Below, piece after piece: positions 20,586 to 29,884 of a stretch of DNA of 64,000 bases. Every line of letters starts with the position of its first letter. Within the stretch, counting starts at the first letter, position 1. The position numbers were made by a program, and so were the translations under genes. This DNA is from Thermodesulfobacteriota bacterium (GTDB taxonomy: Bacteria; Desulfobacterota_D; UBA1144; Nemesobacterales; UBA2774). Location: NCBI GenBank assembly GCA_965223335.1, contig OZ244991.1:32001-96000 (forward strand), written 5' to 3'. The notes beneath the pieces were generated by a model. The model saw nothing but the letters and a program-made list of their open reading frames with translations, searched no databases and was not told the DNA's origin.

Positions 20586-22730
20586 CTAAATTCTTTCCAC
20601 CGAAGACACACCTTTTACCTTCTTTAGTGCCGCCATAAGGTTCTCGAGTTGAGCCAAATCCGACACCACTACATCAAACGTTCCCACAGCCGTGTCCACA
20701 TCGGTCGAGTGCATCTCGGCTTTAGAGATATTTACCTCGGTGGATGAAAAAGAGTCTGTAATCGTAGACAAAATCCCAGGGCGATCTGTGCACCTAATAA
20801 GTATCTTAGCAGGTCTCGGCCCCTTAAACTCTCTATCCCACTCAACATCAATCCTCCTCTCTGGGTCTACTTGCAGCAGGTGCGAACACCCGTCTTTATG
20901 TATGGTAATTCCCTTACCCCTTGTGATAAACCCCTTTATCTGCTCCCCAGGGAGCGGAGAGCAACAGTTCCCAAATCTAATCATCACATCGTCATAACCC
21001 CTAACCAATACACCCCCTTCGCTCGAGCGTGTGATGGTTTTAATAATTTTTTCGATCCGCGATTCTTTTTCGGGCTCGGCCTCGATCTTTTCCTTGGGCA
21101 GAATGAGTTTTAGGAGTTCAGTGGCCGATATTTTTCCGAAACCGACTGCTTGATAGAACTCATCAGCGTTTTTAAAATTGAGCTCTTTTATATACGAGTC
21201 GAGTTTGCCTTTTTTAAGCATAGACGCAAAATCAAGCCCGTGCTGTTTGAACCTTCTCTCGGCAATGGATTTGCCCATCGATTCCGACTGTGTTCTCTCT
21301 TCATTGCGTATCCACGCACGGATCTTGGTCTTTGCCCTAGATGTCACCACGAAATCTAGCCAGTCTCTGTTGGGATGCTGATCGTTTGAGGTTGCGATCT
21401 CTATGGTGTCTCCTGTAACGAGCTTATGGTCCAATGACACTAATTTACTGTTAACCATCGCTCTGGTGCATCTGTCGCCGACCTCGGTGTGGATTGCATA
21501 TGCAAAATCCACGGGTGTGGCTCCCGTGGGCAGCTCCACCAGGTCGCCCTGTGGTGTAAACACATAGACCCGGTCGGATATCAACTCCCCTTTTATAGCC
21601 TCCAGGTATTCCGTGGGGTCTTGAATATCCTTCCACTCAAGGAGCTGTCTTAGTGTGGAGTACATCTCCTGCTGCCGCTCTGCGTCGGTTAGATCCTCTT
21701 TATATTTCCAATGCGCAGCCACCCCGTATTCTGCAATCTCATGCATCTTACGGGTCCTTATCTGAATCTCCATCCTTTGCCCGAACGGCCCGATCACAGT
21801 TGTGTGCAGCGATTGGTACCCGTTGCCTTTGGGCAGTGCAATGTAATCCTTAAAACGCCCCGGTACAGGTTTCCAAACGGAATGCACCGCACCCAGCGCC
21901 TCGTAACACTGACGAAGAGAGTCTGTAATAACCCTGTATGCAACTACGTCGTATACCTTGTCGAACTCGATATTCTGTTTAAGCATCTTCCTGTGTATAC
22001 CGTATATGTGTTTGAACCGACCGGTTACATCAGCTTCTATATTGAACTCTTTCAGCTTGTCTTTTAAGATCGTGTTAACATCGCTTAGATGGCTTTGCCA
22101 CTCCTTCTTATTATCGGCTATAAGCCCTGAAATTGTGTTGTAAGCCTCGGGGTTTATATACTTAAACGACAGGTCTTCGAGATCGGTGGTCACCCAATAG
22201 ATCCCAAGCCTGTGCGAGAGCGGGGCATATATATCAAATGTCTCTACTGCTATCCTTTTTTGCCTGTCCTCTGAGAGGTACTCTAGGGTACGCATATTAT
22301 GAAGCCTATCGGCAAGCTTGATCAATACGACTCTAATGTCCTTTGCAGTGGCCAGGATAAGTTTTCTGAACCCCTCGGCCTGGCGCTCAAGCTTAGAGCC
22401 CATCGGCAGGCGGCTAATCTTTGTAACACCGTCAACTAAAAAAGTAATTTCTTCACCAAATAGCTCTTGAAGCTCCTCAGGTGTGGCAAGCGTGTCCTCG
22501 AGTGTGTCGTGCAAAAGCCCCGTAATAATGGACGAGAGATCAAGCTTCATATCAGCCAGGATCGCACTCACCTCAAGCGGGTGGCTAAGATAAGGCTCTC
22601 CCGAACTCCGCTTCTGGCCGGCATGCACCTTGGCCGAATAGACATATGCTTTATTGATGAGCTCAATGTCAGACTCGGTCATGAACATGTAAACATTAGT
22701 TCTTTCTATTATGTCGTTAAGCCTAATCAT
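20586..22730 (-). CDS. rel: Bifunctional (p)ppGpp synthetase/hydrolase, long RSH
   Basis: HD domain LHDTLED, KLADRLHNMRTL, RFKD (RxKD) motif, GYQSLHT, TGS domain DFAYAIHT, C-terminal ACT domain. Confidence 0.95.
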   Translation of the reverse strand: MIRLNDIIERTNVYMFMTESDIELINKAYVYSAKVHAGQKRSSGEPYLSHPLEVSAILADMKLDLSSIITGLLHDTLEDTLATPEELQELFGEEITFLVDGVTKISRLPMGSKLERQAEGFRKLILATAKDIRVVLIKLADRLHNMRTLEYLSEDRQKRIAVETFDIYAPLSHRLGIYWVTTDLEDLSFKYINPEAYNTISGLIADNKKEWQSHLSDVNTILKDKLKEFNIEADVTGRFKHIYGIHRKMLKQNIEFDKVYDVVAYRVITDSLRQCYEALGAVHSVWKPVPGRFKDYIALPKGNGYQSLHTTVIGPFGQRMEIQIRTRKMHEIAEYGVAAHWKYKEDLTDAERQQEMYSTLRQLLEWKDIQDPTEYLEAIKGELISDRVYVFTPQGDLVELPTGATPVDFAYAIHTEVGDRCTRAMVNSKLVSLDHKLVTGDTIEIATSNDQHPNRDWLDFVVTSRAKTKIRAWIRNEERTQSESMGKSIAERRFKQHGLDFASMLKKGKLDSYIKELNFKNADEFYQAVGFGKISATELLKLILPKEKIEAEPEKESRIEKIIKTITRSSEGGVLVRGYDDVMIRFGNCCSPLPGEQIKGFITRGKGITIHKDGCSHLLQVDPERRIDVEWDREFKGPRPAKILIRCTDRPGILSTITDSFSSTEVNISKAEMHSTDVDTAVGTFDVVVSDLAQLENLMAALKKVKGVSSVERI

Positions 22731-23352
22731 TGTCTTTCTCTACCAAATGCTCGCACGCAACGGCTATGACACGGCTTGTCCTACACCTATTTGCTCGGAT
22801 AATGGATTCCAGATTGACTAATGCGCTATCAATATCCGTATTAGTAATAATATAATCATACCGTTCCATATCTTCCAACTCTGACTTAGCAACTTTAAGT
22901 CTTGCATCTATCTCGTCTATTTCATTGCTCATTCTCCTTATCAACCGCTTCTTTAGTTCCTCGATCGAAGGTGGGACAACAAATATGAGCACAGCATCGT
23001 TATATTCCCTGTGTATAGCTCTTGCGCCCTGTACATCCAAATCCAAAAGCACATCCACACCGCTTGCAATTGGGCTATCAATCTCGCTCTTGGGCGTCCC
23101 GTAACGGTTACCGTGCACAATAGCCCACTCCGCAAACACACCTTGTGTGACCATCTCATCAAACTCGGTGTCCGATACAAATCTGTAATCCTGCCCGTCT
23201 ACTTCTCCGTTTCTAGGGTGTCTTGTGGTGCACGACACCGCAAAGCTAATCCGATCTAGCTTTCCAAGCAGTCCCTTCGCAAGCGTGGTTTTTCCACTAC
23301 CCGACGGGCCCGATACGATATACAACATTCCCTCTTGCGTTTCTTTGTGCAT
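22723..23352 (-). CDS. gmk: Guanylate kinase
   Basis: GPSGSGKTT, TTRHPRNGEVDGQDY, YGTP, LDLDVQGA. Confidence 0.96.
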   Translation of the reverse strand: MHKETQEGMLYIVSGPSGSGKTTLAKGLLGKLDRISFAVSCTTRHPRNGEVDGQDYRFVSDTEFDEMVTQGVFAEWAIVHGNRYGTPKSEIDSPIASGVDVLLDLDVQGARAIHREYNDAVLIFVVPPSIEELKKRLIRRMSNEIDEIDARLKVAKSELEDMERYDYIITNTDIDSALVNLESIIRANRCRTSRVIAVACEHLVEKDND

Positions 23353-23429
23353 ATTCTATATATATTAGCAAACTAACTTATCTATAAGTTTAGGATAGTT
23401 AGCAGGATTTTTCAATCATTCCACACGCT

Positions 23430-24524
23430 TTATTCCCTATCCTCCCGCCTCTTCCCGGCTACCCTATCCACAACTGCTTTTAAATCTTGTGAATTCTCTT
23501 TATTTAAAACAAGTAAGCCGTTTTCCGTATCCACGATCACAAGCCCCCTAACACCCAGCACCGCTACGGGCTTTCGGGACGAGATTACCAGGTTAGACTC
23601 GGTCCCATATAGCTCAACATTACCCCTTACAATATCCTCGCCCCCGTCTTGCCTCAAATAGTTGTCCAAAGCGTCCCAACTCCCCAGGTCACTCCACCCA
23701 AACTCCACAGGGATAACTACAGTGTTCTTAGATTTCTCTAAGATCAATACATCTATCGGTCCACTCTGCACCAAGTCATAGAACTGTTTTGCCCCCTCGT
23801 TCTCTAGATCCGTCATGATCTTCTTGCTTAGAGACTCCAATTCTCTATACCATTCGGGTAGCAGGCTCTTGAACTCGGCAAGTATACTCGAGGCCTGCCA
23901 GACAAATATACCGCTATTCCAATAGTAATTACCCTCTCTCAAATACTCCCGAGCGCTATCTATCCCGGGCTTCTCAGTGAATCTCTCGACCATATGAACC
24001 GCTTTTGATCCCGATTCCAACAACTTCTTTGGCAGGGCCTTAATATACCCATATCCAGTCTCAGGTGATGTGGGAGTGATTCCGAGTGTAACTAAGGGTT
24101 TGTGTCCCTTTGCTATTTTCTGCGCAGCCACATCCGCCGCAAATCCAAGCACCTCCCTAAAACGCTTTTCGTCCTTTATAGCGTGATCGGCAGGCAACAC
24201 TACTACGACGGCGTCCTTATCCCTGGCCTCAATAAATAGCGTCCCGTAAGCTATACAAGGTGCGGTGTTCTTGCCTTGGGGCTCTATAATGATATTAGTT
24301 TCGGGGACGTCCGGCAGCTCTGTTCTTGTTCTATCGGCATACTGGGCTGTGGTTATAACAATGATCCGCTCACGCGGTATCAACGGCACAATACGGTCGT
24401 AAGTGCACCGTATCATAGACCTTTCATCTATGAGCGGGAGGAACTGTTTCGGCCGTTCAGTACTGCTAAGCGGCCAAAAACGCTTGCCCTCTCCCCCGGC
24501 CATGATCAATGCATACAATTTCAT
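23430..24524 (-). CDS. manC: Mannose-1-phosphate guanylyltransferase (no cupin/PMI domain)
   Basis: MAGGEGKRFWPLS, PKQFL, EPQGKNTAP, PETGYGYI, WNSGIF, WSDLGSW. Confidence 0.9.
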   Translation of the reverse strand: MKLYALIMAGGEGKRFWPLSSTERPKQFLPLIDERSMIRCTYDRIVPLIPRERIIVITTAQYADRTRTELPDVPETNIIIEPQGKNTAPCIAYGTLFIEARDKDAVVVVLPADHAIKDEKRFREVLGFAADVAAQKIAKGHKPLVTLGITPTSPETGYGYIKALPKKLLESGSKAVHMVERFTEKPGIDSAREYLREGNYYWNSGIFVWQASSILAEFKSLLPEWYRELESLSKKIMTDLENEGAKQFYDLVQSGPIDVLILEKSKNTVVIPVEFGWSDLGSWDALDNYLRQDGGEDIVRGNVELYGTESNLVISSRKPVAVLGVRGLVIVDTENGLLVLNKENSQDLKAVVDRVAGKRREDRE

Positions 24525-24530
24525 GCATTA

Positions 24531-24559
24531 ATACTAATCGCAAGCGCTTTTTTTCTCAA
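24531..24559 (-). promoter_or_regulatory. Putative promoter giving a leaderless manC transcript
   Basis: TTGAGA-17 nt-TAGTAT-6 nt-ATG, with no Shine-Dalgarno sequence. Confidence 0.5.
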
Positions 24560-24618
24560 ATACACAGGTGTTGCAATGGAGATGTTTTAAGCAATATAAT
24601 TCTTGTAGGAAACTCAAA

Positions 24619-25350
24619 ATGAACAACTCCAACATCAGATACACACGAAACACACTTTGCCTGCTTGCACTTAGCCTTTTATTACTTGCCCCTCTCGCCT
24701 CCTTGGTTCATTCAGAAGAAATATACACCTGGGAGGACGATGAAGGTGTGCTTCATATGACCAACGACCCCTCGACGATCCCTCCGGATAAAAGAAAGAC
24801 AGCCCGTGTTTCAAAATCAGTTAAACAAAAAAACAAAGGAATTACACAACAAATCTATCAGGATGCATTTAAGAACAAGGATTATATACTGGCAGGAGTT
24901 ATGCTTGTTATCGCTATAGTTTTAGCACGCACAGCTATGCGACGAATAGACCTCAGAAGAACCGCAAAACACAAACAGTCACTTGCAGATTTATTAGAGG
25001 ACTCTGGTATTGAAAGCATGAGCCCCGAAGAATTTAAGTCCTATACTATAGACCTTCTAAAGAAAAGGGGATTCACAACAGCTTTACCCTTGGAATTAAG
25101 CCCCATAGTTGACATCACAGTCTCAAAAGGGGATTCGGACACCGCTGTAAGTATAATTCACCAATCAAATGAGGTATCTAAAATCGCTGTCAACGACATC
25201 GAGCGCGACAAACAAAAATTTAGCTGCGAAAACGCAATGGTTATAACCAACTCTACATTCTCCCACGACGCAAAAGAACTAGCACAGGTCATGGGTACAA
25301 CACTTGTGGATAAGTATGAATTAGCAAAATGGATATCTGACAATCAATAA
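24619..25350 (+). CDS. Exported DUF4124-like domain + TM helix + Mrr-like restriction-endonuclease fold with degenerate active site
   Basis: Signal peptide, IYTWEDDEGVLHMTNDP (DUF4124-like), TM ILAGVMLVIAIVLA, and C-terminal MSPEEF...AMVITNSTFSHDAKELA...LVD..EL (Mrr_cat-like). Start ATG 24619 follows TTGCAA-18-TATAAT and AGGA. Confidence 0.7.
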   Translation: MNNSNIRYTRNTLCLLALSLLLLAPLASLVHSEEIYTWEDDEGVLHMTNDPSTIPPDKRKTARVSKSVKQKNKGITQQIYQDAFKNKDYILAGVMLVIAIVLARTAMRRIDLRRTAKHKQSLADLLEDSGIESMSPEEFKSYTIDLLKKRGFTTALPLELSPIVDITVSKGDSDTAVSIIHQSNEVSKIAVNDIERDKQKFSCENAMVITNSTFSHDAKELAQVMGTTLVDKYELAKWISDNQ

Positions 25351-25355
25351 ACGAG

Positions 25356-26042
25356 TCATTCAGAAAACAAAGCCTCGATCCGGGCAAGTCCCAACCCCTC
25401 AAGTGTATCTACAACCAAATCAGCCTCACCCAACAACTCGGCACCGTGCGAATTTGTAATGGCAAGGCATTTCATCCCGGCAGATTTAGCGGCTTTAATC
25501 CCAGACACCGTGTCCTCAATTACTACACAGTCCCCCGATTCTATCCGTTTCTCATCGCGGAGCCTCGAATTTATTTCAGAAAGCACTTTCAAATAGACCT
25601 CCGGGTCGGGCTTACAAACCTCCACATCATCAGCCGCAACTATCAACTCCACATAATCTATCAAACTGCTTTTCCTCAAAATATGCTCTATCTCAGATCT
25701 ATACGCCCCAGACCCGATCGCCAGAGTGTATCTATTAAAGCACTCTTCCATAAGTGTCTTTACCCCCGGCAGTATTGAGAACTCATCATCCACATACGAG
25801 TTGTAGAGTAACGATTTCTTAGATATCAGATCCCCGATATACCGTTTCGTAAATTCTATGCCCCGGTCTCTTAAAATGGTCTCGAAAAATGTAGGGTCAT
25901 CAAACGCTACGTATCTCTCATAATACTCTCCATCGTTAAGTTCCACCCCCAATTGAACGAGTGTTTCCTTAAAGGATTTCAGGTGAATAGGCTCGGTGTC
26001 GGCAATTACACCGTCAAAATCAAAGATAATCACTCTTAACAC
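25356..26042 (-). CDS. HAD-IA family phosphatase
   Basis: IFDFDGVIADTE, KPDPEVY, IEDTVSGIKAAKSAGM. Confidence 0.9.
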   Translation of the reverse strand: MLRVIIFDFDGVIADTEPIHLKSFKETLVQLGVELNDGEYYERYVAFDDPTFFETILRDRGIEFTKRYIGDLISKKSLLYNSYVDDEFSILPGVKTLMEECFNRYTLAIGSGAYRSEIEHILRKSSLIDYVELIVAADDVEVCKPDPEVYLKVLSEINSRLRDEKRIESGDCVVIEDTVSGIKAAKSAGMKCLAITNSHGAELLGEADLVVDTLEGLGLARIEALFSE

Positions 26043-26360
26043 TTTATATTAGCCCCCGGGACACAGACTTAAAGTAAACGACAGATAGTTAATGTACTTC
26101 ATGAAGACTACCTGAGAAAAATAAATTGGTCACGAAACCGGCATGTTACGTGGTTATTTTGTTACGAAACGGCAAAATACTTAAAGTGGTTTCTAGTACA
26201 ATTCAACTAACCCCTTCTAGTTAATAAAGTTTTCCCTAGACTTCACTTTAACCTAATTTTCATCGAATATTTAGCTCGTTTTAATAAAGCAGGCTTTATA
26301 AAATACTCTCTTTAGAAAAAATACTGAAACTTTTCATCGCTTGCTACATCTAAATTGAAA

Positions 26361-26726
26361 ATGAATTTACCTAGTACCTACGTTGATTGTTCAAAACAAT
26401 TAAAAGCAATCGCAGACACAACTAGGTTAAACATATTAAACTGCCTATTTGAGGGCGAGTTCACTGTGACTGAGATTGCGGATTCAATCGATATTGATTA
26501 TTCACAGGTATCTCACCACTTGGGTGTTCTTAGAAACGCTGGGCTCATTGTTGATAAAAAAGATGGCAAAAACGTTATATATAAGATCCATCCCAGCTAT
26601 CTGAAACGTAATATAAAGAAAAACAGCAACGTGATTGATCTCGACTGCTGTTCCATAGAGTTTAATATGACTAGTAACGGACTCAAGATTAGCAACAATA
26701 AGGAAGTGGGTGGCCCACAGTTTTAA
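26361..26726 (+). CDS. ArsR/SmtB family transcriptional regulator
   Basis: LKAIADTTRLNIL, VSHHLGVLRNAGL winged HTH, C-terminal LDCC. Start could also be TTG 26355. Confidence 0.9.
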   Translation: MNLPSTYVDCSKQLKAIADTTRLNILNCLFEGEFTVTEIADSIDIDYSQVSHHLGVLRNAGLIVDKKDGKNVIYKIHPSYLKRNIKKNSNVIDLDCCSIEFNMTSNGLKISNNKEVGGPQF

Positions 26727-26728
26727 TC

Positions 26729-26754
26729 GACATTCATATGTTCTTATGAATGTC
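26729..26754. promoter_or_regulatory. Putative ArsR operator (12-2-12 inverted repeat)
   Basis: GACATTCATATG-TT-CTTATGAATGTC with 11 of 12 positions complementary; between arsR and the arsM-like gene. Confidence 0.65.
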
Positions 26755-26808
26755 CTAACGATTGTAACAACAAGAGTACAACAAATTTAATATGCAAGGA
26801 GACCCCGT

Positions 26809-27777
26809 ATGAAGTTAGGTGATAACCAAAGAGACGTTGTGAAGGATTTCTACGGACAAGCCGCCCAAAAACCCAATGACAACCTGTGTTGTCCCGAAGC
26901 CTACTCCCCCGAAGATACAAGCCATATACCGGATGAGGTTATAGCAAGATTCTACGGATGCGGCAGCCCCATTGCCACAGCCGAGCTCGGGCCCGGCGAA
27001 AAGGTTTTGGACCTAGGCTCGGGTGCGGGTATTGATTGCTTTATCGCAGCCAAAAAAGTAGGCCCGGAGGGTAAAGTAATCGGGGTCGACATGACCGATG
27101 AGATGCTCCAGGTTGCAAACATGAGCAAAGAGGCGGTTACAAATAACCTCGGCTACAGTGTGGTTGAGTTTCGAAAAGGCTTTCTCGAAGAGATACCCGT
27201 AGACGACAGATCGATTGACCTAGTAACATCCAATTGTGTCATCAATCTTTCTCCCGATAAGCGCAGAGTATTTAAAGAGATCTCTAGGGTACTTAAAGAT
27301 AACGGCAGGCTTGTGGTCTCGGATATAGTATCCGACAGAGAAATCCCCGAGAGTATAAAAGCAAACGAACAGCTTTTGGGTGAATGTATCGCAGGGGCCC
27401 TGACCGAAAACGATTTTATTGCGTGTATGGAACAAACCGGTTTTTACGGCATTGAAATACTAAAAAAAACCGACTGGAAAACAATTGAGGGCACCACCTT
27501 CTCCTCGGTCACAGTAAGGGGCTATAAATTTGAAAAGAGCCAGGGGTGCATTTACCAGGGACATAAAGCCATCTATACAGGCCCTTATAAGGTGGCTATA
27601 GACGACGAGGGACATGTATTTACCCGGAACCAGCCCGTGGAAGTTTGCACCGACACGGCAGCTAAACTCTCCGGTCCCCCATACAGCCAAAATTTCCGTA
27701 TACTAACTCCCGATAACCTAAACGGGACTGAGAGCTGTTGCTCGCCACCGACCAATGGAGCCAACGGTTGTTGTTAA
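26809..27777 (+). CDS. arsM: Arsenite S-adenosylmethionine methyltransferase-like protein (long form)
   Basis: [41 protein letters not shown] (conserved ArsM cysteines); N-terminal CC and two C-terminal CC pairs. Confidence 0.85.
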   Translation: MKLGDNQRDVVKDFYGQAAQKPNDNLCCPEAYSPEDTSHIPDEVIARFYGCGSPIATAELGPGEKVLDLGSGAGIDCFIAAKKVGPEGKVIGVDMTDEMLQVANMSKEAVTNNLGYSVVEFRKGFLEEIPVDDRSIDLVTSNCVINLSPDKRRVFKEISRVLKDNGRLVVSDIVSDREIPESIKANEQLLGECIAGALTENDFIACMEQTGFYGIEILKKTDWKTIEGTTFSSVTVRGYKFEKSQGCIYQGHKAIYTGPYKVAIDDEGHVFTRNQPVEVCTDTAAKLSGPPYSQNFRILTPDNLNGTESCCSPPTNGANGCC

Positions 27778-27805
27778 CCCGTATATATACACTAGGAGGA
27801 GAGAT

Positions 27806-28141
27806 ATGGAGTACTATAACCCAAAAGACCTAAAACGATTTGCCGAGGTAGGCAAGTTCAGCGAGGAGCTCATGAAAAAGTTCTTCGATTATTACAATGC
27901 GGCAACTAACCAAGACGGGGCGCTCTCGAAGCGCGAAAAATCCCTAATAGCCCTCGCAGTGGCTCATACCAAACAGTGCCCCTACTGCATCGACGCCTAC
28001 ACCACCCAGTGCCTCGAGTCGGGCGCAGACCCCGAGCAGATGACCGAAGCGGTACACGTTGCAGCCTCGATGGATGCCGGTATAACACTGATCCATGCGA
28101 TCCAGATGCATAACAATTTAGAGAAACAGGGAGCACTATAA
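27806..28141 (+). CDS. AhpD/CMD-fold protein of the arsenosugar-associated peroxidase-like type
   Basis: GALSKREKSLIALAVAHTKQCPYCIDAY and EAVHVAA. Start ATG 27806 after AGGAGG. Confidence 0.85.
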   Translation: MEYYNPKDLKRFAEVGKFSEELMKKFFDYYNAATNQDGALSKREKSLIALAVAHTKQCPYCIDAYTTQCLESGADPEQMTEAVHVAASMDAGITLIHAIQMHNNLEKQGAL

Positions 28142-28175
28142 CTAACAGCAGAGCACGAAAGAAAAGGGATTATTC

Positions 28176-29213
28176 ATGAGAGATAACGTCGTCCTAAAAA
28201 CTAAACCCACCCGGGATGAAACTCACAGCATCAATGATTACGATTTTAATCGTCTTATCAAGTCAAAGGGCCTATCCCTACACCCCACTTCCATAGAAAC
28301 CCTCCAAGTAAACGTCACAAAACTATGCAACCAAACCTGTCTCCACTGTCATGTAGACGCCTCACCTAAACGAAAAGAGCAGATTGACCTAAAGAGTGTA
28401 GACCGCTGCCTTGAGATTCTCGCCGATCACGATTCTATTAAAAATCTAGACCTCACGGGCGGTGCACCCGAGCTTAACCCTCACTTCGATTATTTTGTCG
28501 TCGAGGCCAAAAAGTTAGGCAAGCACGTGATGGTCCGTCACAACCTCACCGTCACCATAGACGGCAACCCACTTAGCGGCGAGAGCAAGAGGTACCTGCC
28601 CGAGTTCTATGCTCTCCACAGTGTCGAGGTCATCTCATCGCTGCCCTACTACCAAGAATACTTCACAGACAAACAAAGGGGCCAAGGTGTTTTCGAAAAG
28701 AGCATTAAATCAATAAAGCTCCTAAACCGTGTCGGCTATGGCAATGAGGGGTCGGGTCTCACGCTTAATTTTGTGTACAACCCCGTCGGTGCGTTCCTTC
28801 CCGCACCACAATCCGATCTGGAATCGGATTTCAAAAGAGAACTCAATGCAAAATACGGGATTTCGTTTAATAACCTCTACACCATCACCAATATGCCCAT
28901 CAATAGGTTTAAGCAGCAGCTAGAGCGCCTAGGTGCTTATGACGAATACATGACTAAGTTAGTAAATGCATTTAATCCGCAAGCTGCCCAGGGTGTTATG
29001 TGCCGCTCGCTCATAAGTGTGAGCCACGACGGCAACATATACGACTGTGATTTTAATCAGATGCTTGAGATGCAAGTCCATACCCAGCGCGAACCTATGA
29101 CAATATTCAATTTTGATATACAGCGCCTAATGGGGCGCCAGATAGCATTTGATTCCCACTGCCTGGGCTGTACTGCAGGGGCCGGCAGCAGCTGCGGCGG
29201 GAATACTGCATAA
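28176..29213 (+). CDS. arsS: Radical SAM / Cys-rich protein, ArsS-like (arsenosugar biosynthesis)
   Basis: CNQTCLHC (CxxxCxxC), DLTGGAPEL, LNFVYNP, YDCDFNQML, C-terminal HCLGCTAGAGSSCGG. Confidence 0.87.
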   Translation: MRDNVVLKTKPTRDETHSINDYDFNRLIKSKGLSLHPTSIETLQVNVTKLCNQTCLHCHVDASPKRKEQIDLKSVDRCLEILADHDSIKNLDLTGGAPELNPHFDYFVVEAKKLGKHVMVRHNLTVTIDGNPLSGESKRYLPEFYALHSVEVISSLPYYQEYFTDKQRGQGVFEKSIKSIKLLNRVGYGNEGSGLTLNFVYNPVGAFLPAPQSDLESDFKRELNAKYGISFNNLYTITNMPINRFKQQLERLGAYDEYMTKLVNAFNPQAAQGVMCRSLISVSHDGNIYDCDFNQMLEMQVHTQREPMTIFNFDIQRLMGRQIAFDSHCLGCTAGAGSSCGGNTA

Positions 29214-29234
29214 AACTATCGGCCCACATACGAC

Positions 29235-29861
29235 ATGCCATTAAATAAGAACGAAAACAGACTGATAGTGTTCGTTAAATACCCTACCCCGGGACAAGTG
29301 AAAACCAGGCTCGCACACGATATTGGCACAGTAAACGCGGCAGCCATCTACTCCGATATGGCGACTAAGCTTGTGGACGACCTCTCTCGGTCACAGGCAT
29401 ACGAGTTAAAGATATACTTCGATCCTCCCCACAAGATAGACCAATGCAGCACATGGCTCGGAGTTGCCCCACCCATCCTTTACCCCCAACAGGGTTCTTC
29501 ACTGGGCGAGCGGATCTCGAACGCTTTTAATAATGAGTTTTCAAGCAGGGCAAGCAAAGTTGTAATTATAGGTACGGATTGCATTGATGTAACTGAAAGT
29601 ATAATCATCGATGCTCTAAACATACTGGACAGTAATCAGGTAGTAATAGGCCCCGCTCATGACGGCGGGTATTACCTCTTGGGTCTCGACCGCTATTTGC
29701 CCCGGTTATTCGATGATATCGATTGGAGTACAGAAAGCGTGCTCGAGCAAACACTCACAAAAGTAAAGACACTCGGGCTAACACACAAAATGCTTCCAGC
29801 CCTAAACGATATAGATACAGTTGATGATTTAAGCCCCGAGACAATAGCTAAGCTCGGGTAA
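29235..29861 (+). CDS. CofC-like glycosyltransferase (TIGR04282/DUF2064 type)
   Basis: VFVKYPTPGQVKTRL, QQGSSLGER, IIGTDC, GPAHDGGYYLLG, IDWST, DIDT. Confidence 0.87.
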   Translation: MPLNKNENRLIVFVKYPTPGQVKTRLAHDIGTVNAAAIYSDMATKLVDDLSRSQAYELKIYFDPPHKIDQCSTWLGVAPPILYPQQGSSLGERISNAFNNEFSSRASKVVIIGTDCIDVTESIIIDALNILDSNQVVIGPAHDGGYYLLGLDRYLPRLFDDIDWSTESVLEQTLTKVKTLGLTHKMLPALNDIDTVDDLSPETIAKLG

Positions 29862-29884
29862 AAAAAGAGAGCTGCTTAGATACC

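Noticed and set aside
26765..26785. ACAACAA direct repeat with 11-bp spacing upstream of arsM, considered as a Pho box
   Set aside because: The spacing fits an OmpR/PhoB-type site but the sequence does not match CTGTCAT. It is low complexity and could simply be an unstructured 5' UTR.
26809..29213. Selenocysteine recoding in the Cys-rich arsM/arsS genes
   Set aside because: No in-frame TGA; these ORFs end in TAA after complete C-terminal motifs.
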